DNA from: Sediminibacterium sp.
GTDB taxonomy: Bacteria; Bacteroidota; Bacteroidia; Chitinophagales; Chitinophagaceae
Length of the DNA stretch: 64,000 nt
Direction: 5' to 3'
Assembly (NCBI GenBank): GCA_040403885.1
Contig: JBBAJX010000008.1
Location: 13,169-77,168, forward strand
Shown here in pieces: positions 30,678 to 41,227 of this stretch (its first letter is position 1; every line of letters starts with the position of its first letter). Both the position numbers and the translations under genes were made by a program. The notes beneath the pieces were generated by a model that worked only from the letters and a program-made list of their open reading frames with translations, searched no databases and had not been told where the DNA came from.

Positions 30678-31238
30678 TTATATTTTACTAATGAACGCGT
30701 TGTTCAAAAATTGTTTTTTAATGTCTTTTAAATCTCTGGCAATACTAGCGTCTACTAAATTATTATTAAACTCTAGTACAAAACCACCAATTAAACTTTC
30801 ATCTATTTTAGTGGTTAATTCTATGGTTGTAAAATGGGAAGCCGATTTTACTTTTTCCTCAATTGATTTTTTTATTTCTTCACTTACCGCTACTGCAGTA
30901 GTTAAGGTAACTTGATGAATTCCTTTGATGGCATTGTACTGCTCAATAAAAGCAGTGGCCATTTCAGGTAATTCTAATTCTCTGCCTTTTTTAACCAATA
31001 GAATAGTGAATGAATTTGTTAAAACGCCTACTTTATTTTTAAGTACTTCATTAATGATACTATTTTTTTGATCGGCTTTAATAATAGGACTGCGTAACAT
31101 GTTTACAAAATCGCTACTTGCATGGCAGACGGCATGAATGTATTTCATATCTGTATACACGGCCTCTAATTGACCTTGTTCTGTGGCTAAATCTAATAAG
31201 CTCTTTGCGTATATACCTGCTAAACGTGCGTTGGGCAT
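30678..31238 (-). CDS. atpH: ATP synthase F1 subunit delta
   Basis: RLAGIYAKSL, LIGGFVL, VDASI; operon position. Confidence 0.95.
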   Translation of the reverse strand: MPNARLAGIYAKSLLDLATEQGQLEAVYTDMKYIHAVCHASSDFVNMLRSPIIKADQKNSIINEVLKNKVGVLTNSFTILLVKKGRELELPEMATAFIEQYNAIKGIHQVTLTTAVAVSEEIKKSIEEKVKSASHFTTIELTTKIDESLIGGFVLEFNNNLVDASIARDLKDIKKQFLNNAFISKI

Positions 31239-31249
31239 TTTTTAAAAAT

Positions 31250-31759
31250 TTAGTTTAGCTTAACTCCGTCTGCTAATTGCTTAATATAGGTTTCTTGTTC
31301 CGCTTTATTAGCAAGCTCGCGTCTTAATACTTTCTCAGCTACTTCTACCACTAAGCTACCCACTTGGTTTTTCACTTCCGTTAAGGCTGCATTTTTTTGT
31401 TGGTTAATAGCCACTTGTGCATCCGCTACAATTCTTTCATATTCAGACTTCGCTTTATCTTTTGCTTCTGCTATCATTTTCTCAGAAGCTTCTTTAGCTT
31501 CTTTGATGAGGGTAGCTCTTTCTTCTCTCGCTTTAGCTAACAAAGTTTCATTTTCATTTTGCATAGCAGTTAAGTCTGCTTTCATTTTGTCTGCCTTGGC
31601 TAAAGAATCCTCGATGCCTTTCTCTCTATCAGAGATGGCTTTCAACATCGGCTTCCATGCAAACTTGCCTAATACAACAAGTAGTCCAAGAAAGGCAACA
31701 GTATTCCAGAATACCAATCCGATATCTGGCAACACTAATGGGTTTATTTCTAAAAACAT
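31250..31759 (-). CDS. atpF: ATP synthase F0 subunit b
   Basis: N-terminal TM segment, LGKFAWKPML...RE, then coiled coil. Confidence 0.95.
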   Translation of the reverse strand: MFLEINPLVLPDIGLVFWNTVAFLGLLVVLGKFAWKPMLKAISDREKGIEDSLAKADKMKADLTAMQNENETLLAKAREERATLIKEAKEASEKMIAEAKDKAKSEYERIVADAQVAINQQKNAALTEVKNQVGSLVVEVAEKVLRRELANKAEQETYIKQLADGVKLN

Positions 31760-31847
31760 AATCCTTAATTTATCTTAATGATGTAAAATATTTTTATCTA
31801 AAATCTTTTCTTTAAAAAATCTTTTTCTACAACGCTTTGTTTAAAAA

Positions 31848-31883
31848 ATTATAGGCCCTTCGCCCTGTGCTAGGGCCTATAAT
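31848..31883 (-). terminator. Hairpin/terminator between atpE and atpF
   Basis: Perfect 12-bp inverted repeat ATTATAGGCCCT (31848-31859) / AGGGCCTATAAT (31872-31883), followed by a T-run on the minus strand. Confidence 0.7.
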
Positions 31884-31906
31884 GCTTTGGGAAATCTTTT
31901 GATAGA

Positions 31907-32137
<231 letters not shown>

Positions 32138-32164
32138 TTATTGAAAAAAAAATTATAAATATTA

Positions 32165-33247
32165 TTAATGATATGCTTGATCATGATGCCCTTCTTCTGA
32201 TGCCATTCCAATATACATTGCAGTGAGCATCGTAAAAATATAAGCTTGTAAAAAAGCGACTAGCAATTCTATCAAGAATATAAATATTACAAAAGGCACT
32301 GCTACTGCAGCTGCATATACTGTTTTAAAAATAAATATTAAACAAACCAAACTCAATACCAAGATATGACCCGCCGTAATGTTTGCAAAAAGTCGAATCA
32401 TTAAAGAAATAGGCTTGTTGAACACCCCAATTAATTCAATAGGTGCTAAAAATAATTTCATAGACCAATGCATGCCAGGCATCCAAAAAATATGCTTCCA
32501 ATAGTTTTTATTAGAACTTAAATTAACTACAATAAAAACACAAACGGCTAAAGTCATGGTAAAAGCAATGTTACCACTCACATTCGCACCGCCTGGAAAT
32601 ATTGGAATTAAGCCTAAAAAATTATTCGTTAATATTAAAAAGAAAATAGTCAATAAGAAAGGCATGTACTTTGCATAACGCTTCGCACCAATATTTGGAA
32701 GCGCAATTTCATCTCTTACAAATAAAACAATGGGCTCCATAAAAGATTGCAAACCTTTAGGAGCAGAGGTAATCCCTGTTTTCTTATAAGCGCCTGCAGC
32801 AGTTAATATCACCAACAATAAAATGATAACTGATATAAATAAACTAGCTACGTTTTTAGTAATAGAGAAGTCCCATAATTTTTTACTGGCGACTAAGTCT
32901 ACTTCACCCGCTTCGTTTACAATTTTAGTTTTGCCTTCTACTAATTTGTAATTAAAATTTCCTTTGTATACAACTGGCTCATGATGTTCGTCCACTAGTT
33001 TAGCGGAAGAAAAAACTTCAAAGCCAGCTGGTGTATATAATAAAACTGGTAAAGAAATAGTGGTATGTCCCCATAAATGCCAGCTATGGTCATCTTTAAT
33101 ATGCTCCAAAATAGTTTGGGTTACATTAAAGCTACCTTCTTCTTTCGCAGCAGCTGCTTTTTCATTCGCAAATAAATTAAGCGTATTTAATAAGAAAATA
33201 CTTACGAAACTGACTATCAATAGGGGTTTAAGACGCTGAAGGACCAT
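32165..33247 (-). CDS. atpB: ATP synthase F0 subunit a
   Basis: NKPISLMIRLFANITAGH, ELLVAFLQAYIF. Confidence 0.97.
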   Translation of the reverse strand: MVLQRLKPLLIVSFVSIFLLNTLNLFANEKAAAAKEEGSFNVTQTILEHIKDDHSWHLWGHTTISLPVLLYTPAGFEVFSSAKLVDEHHEPVVYKGNFNYKLVEGKTKIVNEAGEVDLVASKKLWDFSITKNVASLFISVIILLLVILTAAGAYKKTGITSAPKGLQSFMEPIVLFVRDEIALPNIGAKRYAKYMPFLLTIFFLILTNNFLGLIPIFPGGANVSGNIAFTMTLAVCVFIVVNLSSNKNYWKHIFWMPGMHWSMKLFLAPIELIGVFNKPISLMIRLFANITAGHILVLSLVCLIFIFKTVYAAAVAVPFVIFIFLIELLVAFLQAYIFTMLTAMYIGMASEEGHHDQAYH

Positions 33248-33368
33248 ACGAATTTCAAAATTTGCTGCAAAGATAAGAAATAAGCACCTGAATTTGAATA
33301 AATTTAAAGAGAAATTCTACGCAAAAATAGAAATTTGAATTGATGCTAAAAAATTGAAAATCAATGCT

Positions 33369-35183
33369 TTATACGCCTGCCATTTTTTTCTGCACAGCAA
33401 ACTGCATTTCACTCAATTTTGCATAAAAACCACCTACAGCTAAAAGCTCATTGTGCGTACCCATTTCCATAATTGATCCCTTGTCTAAAACAATAATTTT
33501 AGAGGCTTTTCGAATAGTAGAAAGGCGGTGGGCAATTACAATAGAAGTTCTGCCCTTAATCAAGGTTTCAATAGCTTTTTCAATGAGCTGCTCACTTTCA
33601 GTATCGATAGAAGAAGTGGCTTCGTCTAAGATTAAAATAGAAGGGTTGTATAATAAAGCCCTAATAAAACTAAGTAATTGTCGTTGTCCCAAACTTAAAG
33701 TAGCGCCTCTTTCCATTACTTGATAATCATAGTTACCAGGAAGTTGCATGATAAAGTCATGCATGCCAATCATCTTTGCCGCCGCATGTACCTGCTCTTT
33801 TGAAATACTGGTATTGCGCAGTGTTATATTATCGTAGACCGAGCCTGAAAATAAGAATACATCTTGCAATACCACACCTACAGAAGCACGCAAACGATTC
33901 AATGCAAAAGATTCTATTGGATGATCATCTAATAATATATTACCTAATTGATAGGGATACAAACGGTTGAGTATACTTATAATAGAAGTTTTACCCGATC
34001 CTGTTTGTCCCACCAGCGCAATAGTCTCGCCTGCTTGCACTGTAAAGTTAATATTACGAAGCACAAAATTGGGCTCGTTATAAGCAAAAGAAACGTTTTT
34101 AAATTCTATTTTACCTTCAATTTTTGCTGGCGCATAAGTACCTTCATTCAGCGTTATATCTTCATTGTCTAAAACTTTAAATACGCGCTCGGCCGCCACC
34201 ATACCCATTTGTAGCACATTAAATTTATCGGCAATCATTCGAAGGGGTCTAAAAATTTGATTTAAAAATAAAATGAATGCTACTAACAAACCTGCGTCTA
34301 GAGAATTACCTGCCACCCACCAAACAATTAAACCAATACTTAAGGCTAGCACTACTTCTACCACAGGAAAGAATACCGAATAGGCAAAAATGGCTCTTAC
34401 GTTCGCTACCTTATGGCCTTCATTAATTTTAGTAAACTTGGACATTTCTTTTTCTTCTGCTGCAAAAGTTTGCACTACTTGCATACCAGAAATATGTTCT
34501 TGCACAAAAGCATTTAAAGCAGCCACTGCATTTCTTACTTGTATAAAACTTTTATTAACACTTTCTTTAAAAAAGTAAGTAGCCACTAGCATAATAGGAA
34601 AAGGGATCAAACAAATAAGTGTCAATTTCCAATCTATCACAAACATAGTGGTGAGGGTTACTATAATGGTAAGTAGGTCTGCTAATATAGGAATGAGCCC
34701 ATCAGAAAAAATATCATTGATGCTTTCAATATCATTAATAGTGCGGGTGGTTAAAGTGCCAATGGGCGTTTTATCAAATTGACGCATTTCCCAATGCATA
34801 ATTTTATCATATACTTTATTGCGTAAATCTCTAATGACCTGTTGCCCCAACCATGCCATGCCAAAAGTGAAAAAAAAGCGAATAATGGTTTCAAAAATAA
34901 TAAAGGCCACCTGAAATAAAGTAATAGATAAGATGAGATGTATAACCGATTCAAAAGCATTGCCTGGTAAAAACCAATGTACCCATAAAGGCAGGCTTAC
35001 TGTTTTGCCAATAGCGGCATTCACTGTGGCCTGAATGAGATAAGGTCTGACAGGGGTGGTAAAGGCAAGTAATATGGATAAAAACACAGATACCAAAAAC
35101 ACGAAGCGATAAGGCTGTACAAACGAAAAAACGCGTTTTAAGAGCGATAATTGAAATATTTTCTTGGGTTCTTTGCTGGGCAT
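33369..35183 (-). CDS. ABC exporter, fused permease/ATPase (MsbA-like)
   Basis: TM domain plus GQTGSGKTS, LSLGQRQ, LDEATSSID. Confidence 0.93.
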   Translation of the reverse strand: MPSKEPKKIFQLSLLKRVFSFVQPYRFVFLVSVFLSILLAFTTPVRPYLIQATVNAAIGKTVSLPLWVHWFLPGNAFESVIHLILSITLFQVAFIIFETIIRFFFTFGMAWLGQQVIRDLRNKVYDKIMHWEMRQFDKTPIGTLTTRTINDIESINDIFSDGLIPILADLLTIIVTLTTMFVIDWKLTLICLIPFPIMLVATYFFKESVNKSFIQVRNAVAALNAFVQEHISGMQVVQTFAAEEKEMSKFTKINEGHKVANVRAIFAYSVFFPVVEVVLALSIGLIVWWVAGNSLDAGLLVAFILFLNQIFRPLRMIADKFNVLQMGMVAAERVFKVLDNEDITLNEGTYAPAKIEGKIEFKNVSFAYNEPNFVLRNINFTVQAGETIALVGQTGSGKTSIISILNRLYPYQLGNILLDDHPIESFALNRLRASVGVVLQDVFLFSGSVYDNITLRNTSISKEQVHAAAKMIGMHDFIMQLPGNYDYQVMERGATLSLGQRQLLSFIRALLYNPSILILDEATSSIDTESEQLIEKAIETLIKGRTSIVIAHRLSTIRKASKIIVLDKGSIMEMGTHNELLAVGGFYAKLSEMQFAVQKKMAGV

Positions 35184-35255
35184 TGCGGTACAAAGTTACA
35201 CTATCTGTTTGTTCTTTGTAAAAATCCTAGCGCTTTTACGTATTTTCGTAAGAAG

Positions 35256-37514
35256 ATGGAAGCCTTGAATATCAATACCCATGCTGAGATTGTAACAAAT
35301 TACAATTTAGATGAAGAACAAGAGAAAAAAGAAATTGTTCGTCATTATCGTGCATTATTAAGGGCACTAAGAGAAAAATTAAAAAAAGGAGATAAAGAAT
35401 TACTAAGAACTGCATTTGAGATGGCTGCGGAGGCCCATAAAACCATGCGTCGAAAAAGTGGTGAGCCTTATGTATTGCACCCACTTGCCGTGGCTATGAT
35501 TTGTGTGGAAGAAATAGGCCTCGGCGTAAGAAGTACTATTTGTGCTTTATTACATGATACAGTAGAAGATACCAATATTGCGCTTGACGATATTAAAAGT
35601 GAATTTGGAAATGAGATTGCCAAAATTGTAGATGGCTTGACCAAGATATCCACGGTGATGGATACCAATAGCAGTCAGCAAGCAGAAAATTTCAAAAAAA
35701 TTCTACTTACACTCACAGATGATCCTAGGGTTATATTAATTAAGCTAGCAGACAGGCTGCACAATATGCGCACATTGGATGCGATGAAGCAAGAGAAGCA
35801 ATTAAAAATTGCCTCTGAAACCATTTGGGTATATGCCCCACTGGCACATCGTATGGGATTATACAATGTAAAAACCGAATTAGAGGATTTGTCTATGAAA
35901 TATATGGAGCCTGCCATATATAAAGAGATTGCCCAAAAATTAGCAGAAACAAAAAGAGAACGCACTAAATATATCAATGAATTTATTCGTCCTTTGAAAG
36001 AAAAATTAACGGGCGCTGAATTTGACTTCGAAATTCAAGGGCGCCCTAAAAGCATTCATTCTATTTGGAATAAAATAAAAAAGAAAGAAGTAAGCTTTGA
36101 AGAAGTGTATGATCTTTTTGCCATTCGCGTTATTTTAAATGCTGACTTAGATAAAGAAAAAGAAGATTGTTGGAAAGTATATTCTTTGATAACTGATGAA
36201 TATAACCCTTCGCCAGAAAGATTGAGAGACTGGTTAAGCAATCCAAAGAGCAATGGTTATGAAGCCTTGCACACCACGGTAATGGGCCCACAGGGGAAAT
36301 GGGTAGAAGTGCAAATTAGAACAAAGAGAATGAATGAGATAGCTGAAAAAGGTTTGGCGGCGCATTTTAAATACAAAGAAGGTTCTCAAAATGAAGATAG
36401 GTTCGATAAATGGTTTGTTCAAATTAGAGAAGCCCTCGGCAATCAGCAAGAGGAAGGCATTGATTTTTTACAAGACTTTAAAACCTCTTTTTTAGCAGAA
36501 GAAATTTATGTATACACACCAAAGGGAGATGTAAAAATGCTTCCTATTAATAGTTCAGCCTTAGACTTTGCTTTTTATATACATACGGCCATTGGTTCTA
36601 AATGTATTGGCGCTAAAGTGAATCATAAGCTAGTACCCATTAGCCATAAATTAAGAAGCGGGGACCAAATTGAAATTATTACGAGCAATAAGCAAAAACC
36701 TTCTGAAGACTGGTTAAGTAATGTAGTAACGGCCAAAGCAAAAAATAGTATTAAAGATGCTTTAAGAGAAGAGAAGAAAATAATAGCTGAAGAAGGTAAA
36801 TATACATTGCAAAGAAAATTAGAGGGCATTGGTGCGGTATACAATACTTATAATATAGACCAAGTCATGTTTTACTATAAATTATCTAGCCAACTAGATC
36901 TTTTATTTAAAATAGCTACTAAAATCATCGACTTAAAAGAATTAAAATTATTTCAAGTTATAGGAGATAAAATTGAAGCGCCTAAGCCAGTAAATTTGAG
37001 CCCTGAAATAAACTTGGAAAACCCCGGTATTAAAGCGGCTTCCAAGAAGGACTCTGAGTTAATTATTTTTGGAGAGTCTAGTGATAAAATTAAATACACT
37101 TTAGGCAAATGCTGCAACCCTATTCCTGGGGACGATGTTTTTGGTTTTGTGAGTACTGGAAAGGGTTTAATTATTCACCGCAACAACTGCCCCAATGCCA
37201 CCCAACTTTTAGCGAATTATGGTCATAGAGTGGTAAAAACCAAGTGGGCTAAAAATAAAGAAATCTCCTTCCTAACAGGCCTTAGTATCATTGGACTAGA
37301 TGATGTGGGGGTGGTGAATAAAATTACCAATATTATAAGTGGAGAGTTGAAAATTAATATAGCCGCACTCACCATTGAATCAACGGAAGGATTATTCAAT
37401 GGTACTATTAAAGTATATGTCCACGATAAGGATGAATTAGAAGAATTGGTGACTAGAATTAAGTCATTGAACGGTATTCAACAAGTTATACGATTTGACA
37501 CCGAAACTGTGTAA
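35256..37514 (+). CDS. relA: Long RelA/SpoT (p)ppGpp synthetase/hydrolase; ATG 35256 preferred over the ORF-track start 35151
   Basis: HD hydrolase LLHDTVED, synthetase RPKSIHS...EVQIRT, TGS domain, CCNPIPGD, C-terminal ACT-like domain. Confidence 0.96.
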   Translation: MEALNINTHAEIVTNYNLDEEQEKKEIVRHYRALLRALREKLKKGDKELLRTAFEMAAEAHKTMRRKSGEPYVLHPLAVAMICVEEIGLGVRSTICALLHDTVEDTNIALDDIKSEFGNEIAKIVDGLTKISTVMDTNSSQQAENFKKILLTLTDDPRVILIKLADRLHNMRTLDAMKQEKQLKIASETIWVYAPLAHRMGLYNVKTELEDLSMKYMEPAIYKEIAQKLAETKRERTKYINEFIRPLKEKLTGAEFDFEIQGRPKSIHSIWNKIKKKEVSFEEVYDLFAIRVILNADLDKEKEDCWKVYSLITDEYNPSPERLRDWLSNPKSNGYEALHTTVMGPQGKWVEVQIRTKRMNEIAEKGLAAHFKYKEGSQNEDRFDKWFVQIREALGNQQEEGIDFLQDFKTSFLAEEIYVYTPKGDVKMLPINSSALDFAFYIHTAIGSKCIGAKVNHKLVPISHKLRSGDQIEIITSNKQKPSEDWLSNVVTAKAKNSIKDALREEKKIIAEEGKYTLQRKLEGIGAVYNTYNIDQVMFYYKLSSQLDLLFKIATKIIDLKELKLFQVIGDKIEAPKPVNLSPEINLENPGIKAASKKDSELIIFGESSDKIKYTLGKCCNPIPGDDVFGFVSTGKGLIIHRNNCPNATQLLANYGHRVVKTKWAKNKEISFLTGLSIIGLDDVGVVNKITNIISGELKINIAALTIESTEGLFNGTIKVYVHDKDELEELVTRIKSLNGIQQVIRFDTETV

Positions 37515-37592
37515 AAGTTGAGCTAATTATTTTGAGTTTAAATAGGTAATAAACTTGCCAAGACTTATTTTTGCCCTTTCAAATATTCAACT

Positions 37593-38855
37593 ATGGTAGA
37601 TGTAATTTTAGGCCTCCAATGGGGCGATGAAGGAAAAGGAAAGATTGTAGATTATTTCGCTCCTAACTACGACATCATTGCGCGTTTTCAAGGTGGACCG
37701 AATGCAGGTCATACCCTATATGTGAATGGCACTAAAATGGTTTTACATCAAATACCTTCTGGTATATTTCACCAAGATAAAATTAATATTATAGGTAATG
37801 GAGTGGTATTAGATCCCGTTACATTAAAAAAAGAATGTGATGCGGTAGCTGCCATGGGTGTAGATGTAAAAAAGAATTTATTTATCTCTGAGAGAACTAA
37901 TATTATTATTCCTACCCACCGTGCTTTAGACAAGGCTTCTGAACTAGCCAAAGGCGAGAGTAAGATTGGGTCTACTTTAAAAGGTATTGGCCCCGCCTAT
38001 ATGGATAAGACGGGTCGTAATGCTTTAAGAGTAGGTGATTTATTGAGTAAGAACTTCATTAGCAAGTACATTACTTTAAGAATGAAGCATCAGAAAATTT
38101 TAGATAGCTTTAATTTCAATGAAGATATTAGCGAAATGGAAAATGAGTTTTTTGAAGCCTTAGAGTTTTTAAAAAGCATGAATATCATTAATTGCGAATA
38201 TTTTATTAACGATCAAATTTCAAAAGGTAAAAAAGTACTAGCTGAAGGCGCACAAGGCTCTATGTTAGATATTGACTTTGGTACCTTCCCTTTTGTAACT
38301 TCTTCTAATACTATTTCTGCAGGTGTTTGTACTGGTTTAGGTATTGCGCCAAAATTAATCAATGAAGTATTTGGTATTACAAAGGCTTATTGTACAAGAG
38401 TAGGTAGCGGTCCCTTCCCTACCGAATTACACGATGAGGTAGGTGAAGAGTTAAGAAAACTAGGTAGCGAATTTGGAGCCACTACCGGCAGGCCAAGAAG
38501 ATGTGGCTGGATTGACTTAGTGGCCCTTAAATATACTTGCATGATCAATGGTGTAACACAAATTATTATGACCAAGGCCGATATTCTAGATACATTTAAA
38601 GAACTAGAACTAGGTATCGCTTATGAAATGGAAGGTAAAGAGATAGATTATGTTCCTTTTCAGTTAGTAGGCACGCCGGTGGCCCCTATTTGGAAAAAAA
38701 TGCAAGGATGGAATATTGATACAACTAAAATGAAGGCTGAGAAAGAATTACCAGCTACCATGAAAACATACATAGACTTTATTAATAGTTACTTAGGTGT
38801 TCCTGTAAAATATGTTTCCAACGGACCAGGAAGAGATCAAATAGTACATATTTAA
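37593..38855 (+). CDS. purA: Adenylosuccinate synthetase
   Basis: GLQWGDEGKGK, GGPNAGHT, EGAQG, GATTGRPRRCGW. Confidence 0.98.
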   Translation: MVDVILGLQWGDEGKGKIVDYFAPNYDIIARFQGGPNAGHTLYVNGTKMVLHQIPSGIFHQDKINIIGNGVVLDPVTLKKECDAVAAMGVDVKKNLFISERTNIIIPTHRALDKASELAKGESKIGSTLKGIGPAYMDKTGRNALRVGDLLSKNFISKYITLRMKHQKILDSFNFNEDISEMENEFFEALEFLKSMNIINCEYFINDQISKGKKVLAEGAQGSMLDIDFGTFPFVTSSNTISAGVCTGLGIAPKLINEVFGITKAYCTRVGSGPFPTELHDEVGEELRKLGSEFGATTGRPRRCGWIDLVALKYTCMINGVTQIIMTKADILDTFKELELGIAYEMEGKEIDYVPFQLVGTPVAPIWKKMQGWNIDTTKMKAEKELPATMKTYIDFINSYLGVPVKYVSNGPGRDQIVHI

Positions 38856-38974
38856 TTTTAATTATATTAAAACTGCGTAAAAATTTAATACAAGTATTTT
38901 AAAAAAAAGGTTCATTTTTTTTGGTAAATACAATTTTGAGTTGAAATTTTACATTGACAATTTTATAATTACCT

Positions 38975-39313
38975 ATGGCATTAAAAACTATCAAAGAAAA
39001 AAAGGCTGCTGCACCCAAAAATGGTGTTTTGAAAGCAGAGAAAGCAAGTAAATCAGCTGCGAAGAAAAAAGACGTAGATGAAGATGACTTGGATCAAGAA
39101 GAAGAGGTGAAGGATGATTGGGAAAAAGCCGAAGATGATACAAGTTGGGATCCAGACTTCGAAGAATTTGATATGCCTAAAAAATCGGCAAAAAAACCAG
39201 GTAAATTTAAGGCAGGTGAGGAAGATGATGACTTTAATTTAAATGACGATCTCAAAGATATTGACGACGATGATTTATTTGACGATAAAGATGAATTAGA
39301 AGACGATTTTTAG
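38975..39313 (+). CDS. Hypothetical intrinsically disordered protein (Lys/Ala-rich N-terminus, Asp/Glu-rich C-terminus)
   Basis: 112 aa with ATG start, occupying its own intergenic slot with no competing ORF; strongly charge-segregated. Confidence 0.75.
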   Translation: MALKTIKEKKAAAPKNGVLKAEKASKSAAKKKDVDEDDLDQEEEVKDDWEKAEDDTSWDPDFEEFDMPKKSAKKPGKFKAGEEDDDFNLNDDLKDIDDDDLFDDKDELEDDF

Positions 39314-39377
39314 TAGTTCAATTTTAAGCAGTTAATAAGTCTAACTCAATAACACTACTCTTGACCTACTCAACTCT

Positions 39378-40844
39378 CTATAATTTATTAAGCATCTGCT
39401 CTTTAGAAAAGCTTAACAAGCCAACCTCATTAAAACTAGCACTCATAACTTGTAAGCCAAATGGCATACCATTACTATGCGTAAATAAAGGAATAGATAT
39501 GGCAGGTATGCCCACCAAATTCGCATATACAGTATAGATATCTGCTAAAAACATTTCAGTAGCACTATGATTATTCTCTCCTAAACCAAAGGCCGTTGTG
39601 GGAACAGTAGGCGATACAATAAGATCATATTTTGAGAACACAGTATTTGTCAAGTCCACTAATTTTTGTCTTACTTGTTGCGCCTTGGTAAAATAGGCAT
39701 CAAAATAACCAGCACTTAAAACAAAACTGCCCAGTAAAATTCTTCTTTGTACTTCTTCGCCGAATCCTTCTGTTCTTGTTTTTTTATATAGGTCATTCAA
39801 ATCAGCAATACTTTCCTTGGTTCTATGTCCAAACTTAATACCATCAAACCTGGATAAATTACTGGAAGCCTCTGCCGTAGTTAATACATAATAAGTGGGT
39901 ACTAAATAAGATAATAAAGAGAAATCAATGGCTTCTACGATGTACCCCTTCACCGTCAAATCTTTTAAATAGCTTTCTATTTTCGTTTTAATTTCTGCAT
40001 CTAGGCCAGGATGAAAAAGAGTTTCTTTAAAATAGGCAATTCTTTTAGGATTATTTTCCTTTTCAATTTCTTTACTACCTATTTCTTTACTACCTATTTC
40101 TTTGCTATAAGCAGGAACTGCTTTTGTTGAAACAGTACTATCAAACTCATCTGCTCCTGCCATTACTTCTAAAACAAGGGCAGCATCGTCAATGGTTTTT
40201 GAAAAAATACCTATTTGATCAAAGGAGGAAGCATAGGCAATTAAACCATAACGAGAAATACGACCATAACTTGGTTTTAATCCTACTACTCCGCAAAAAT
40301 CTGCAGGCTGTCTTACAGAACCTCCTGTATCGGATCCAATACTAATCATGGACAAATTAGCTTGCACAGAAACAGCCGATCCTCCTGAAGAACCACCCGG
40401 CACTTTTGAAATATCTATGGCATTTTTTACCGGACCATAAGCAGAATTTTCATTACTACTACCCATGGCAAATTCATCACAGTTCTGACGCCCAATAATA
40501 ATGCCACCCTCGTCTACTAATTTTTGAATGGCTGTGGCTGTATAAATAGCCGTATAATTTTCTAAGATTTTAGATGAAGCGCTAAGCTTATGTCCTTTAT
40601 AAGAAAGCACATCCTTGATACCTATAATAACTCCGTGCAATTTTCCTAGCCTTTTTCCTTGCTTTGCTTCTGCATCTAAACTAGCTGCTTGGCTGAAGGC
40701 TTCTTCAGCAAATACTTCTAAATAAGCATTTAAATTTTCATGTGTAGCAATTTGATCCAAGTAATATTTTACCGCTTGGGTACAAGTTGTATGCTCTGCT
40801 ACTAATGCAGCATGATAGTCTTTGATGGAAGTAAACCGAAACAA
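39378..40844 (-). CDS. gatA: Asp/Glu-tRNA amidotransferase subunit A
   Basis: IGIKD, DEFAMGSS, PGGSSGGSA, SDTGGSVRQPA amidase signature; EVQRRILLG. Confidence 0.96.
   Translation of the reverse strand: MFRFTSIKDYHAALVAEHTTCTQAVKYYLDQIATHENLNAYLEVFAEEAFSQAASLDAEAKQGKRLGKLHGVIIGIKDVLSYKGHKLSASSKILENYTAIYTATAIQKLVDEGGIIIGRQNCDEFAMGSSNENSAYGPVKNAIDISKVPGGSSGGSAVSVQANLSMISIGSDTGGSVRQPADFCGVVGLKPSYGRISRYGLIAYASSFDQIGIFSKTIDDAALVLEVMAGADEFDSTVSTKAVPAYSKEIGSKEIGSKEIEKENNPKRIAYFKETLFHPGLDAEIKTKIESYLKDLTVKGYIVEAIDFSLLSYLVPTYYVLTTAEASSNLSRFDGIKFGHRTKESIADLNDLYKKTRTEGFGEEVQRRILLGSFVLSAGYFDAYFTKAQQVRQKLVDLTNTVFSKYDLIVSPTVPTTAFGLGENNHSATEMFLADIYTVYANLVGIPAISIPLFTHSNGMPFGLQVMSASFNEVGLLSFSKEQMLNKL
40066..40107. 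repeat. 15-bp tandem repeat (about 2.8 copies) inside gatA
   Basis: ATTTCTTTACTACCT x2 plus ATTTCTTTGCTA, encoding SKEIG-SKEIG-SKEIE. Confidence 0.9.
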
Positions 40845-40855
40845 AGGCTTATAAA

Positions 40856-41044
40856 TTAAGCAGGTTTTTCGTCTTTTTCTTTGATTCCGTCTTCGATTTC
40901 TTTTTTCACGTTGTTTTTAGCATCGTTGAATTCGCGAATACCCTTTCCTAATCCACGCATGAATTCAGGGATTTTACGTCCGCCAAACATTACTAAAATA
41001 ACCACACCGATAATTAATAATTCTTGAAATCCTAAGTTGCCCAT
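40856..41044 (-). CDS. tatA: Twin-arginine translocase TatA/TatE
   Basis: MGNLGFQELLII...FGGRKIPEFMRGLGKGIREF. Confidence 0.95.
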   Translation of the reverse strand: MGNLGFQELLIIGVVILVMFGGRKIPEFMRGLGKGIREFNDAKNNVKKEIEDGIKEKDEKPA

Positions 41045-41139
41045 AATATTAAATTTAGAAGTTTAAAGGTAAGGTAATTCTAAAATAGAAGGGGAATATT
41101 TATAAGAAATAAGCCAATATAAAGCTAAAAATGAGGGCC

Positions 41140-41179
41140 AAAAAAAGCCCCGATTTCATGGATATGAAAACGGGGCTTT
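41140..41179 (-). terminator. Intrinsic terminator after rplS
   Basis: AAAGCCCCG...TTTCAT-GGAT-ATGAAA...CGGGGCTTT with a T-run on the minus strand. Confidence 0.8.
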
Positions 41180-41227
41180 GTATCGTTTACTAGTGGTTTA
41201 CTAGCTATCTCCTTAAAATCTTTCTCT

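Noticed and set aside
35151-35255. 35-aa N-terminal extension of RelA overlapping the divergent ABC gene
   Set aside because: It overlaps the opposite gene's start and promoter; ATG 35256 follows a TATTTTCG box and is more plausible.
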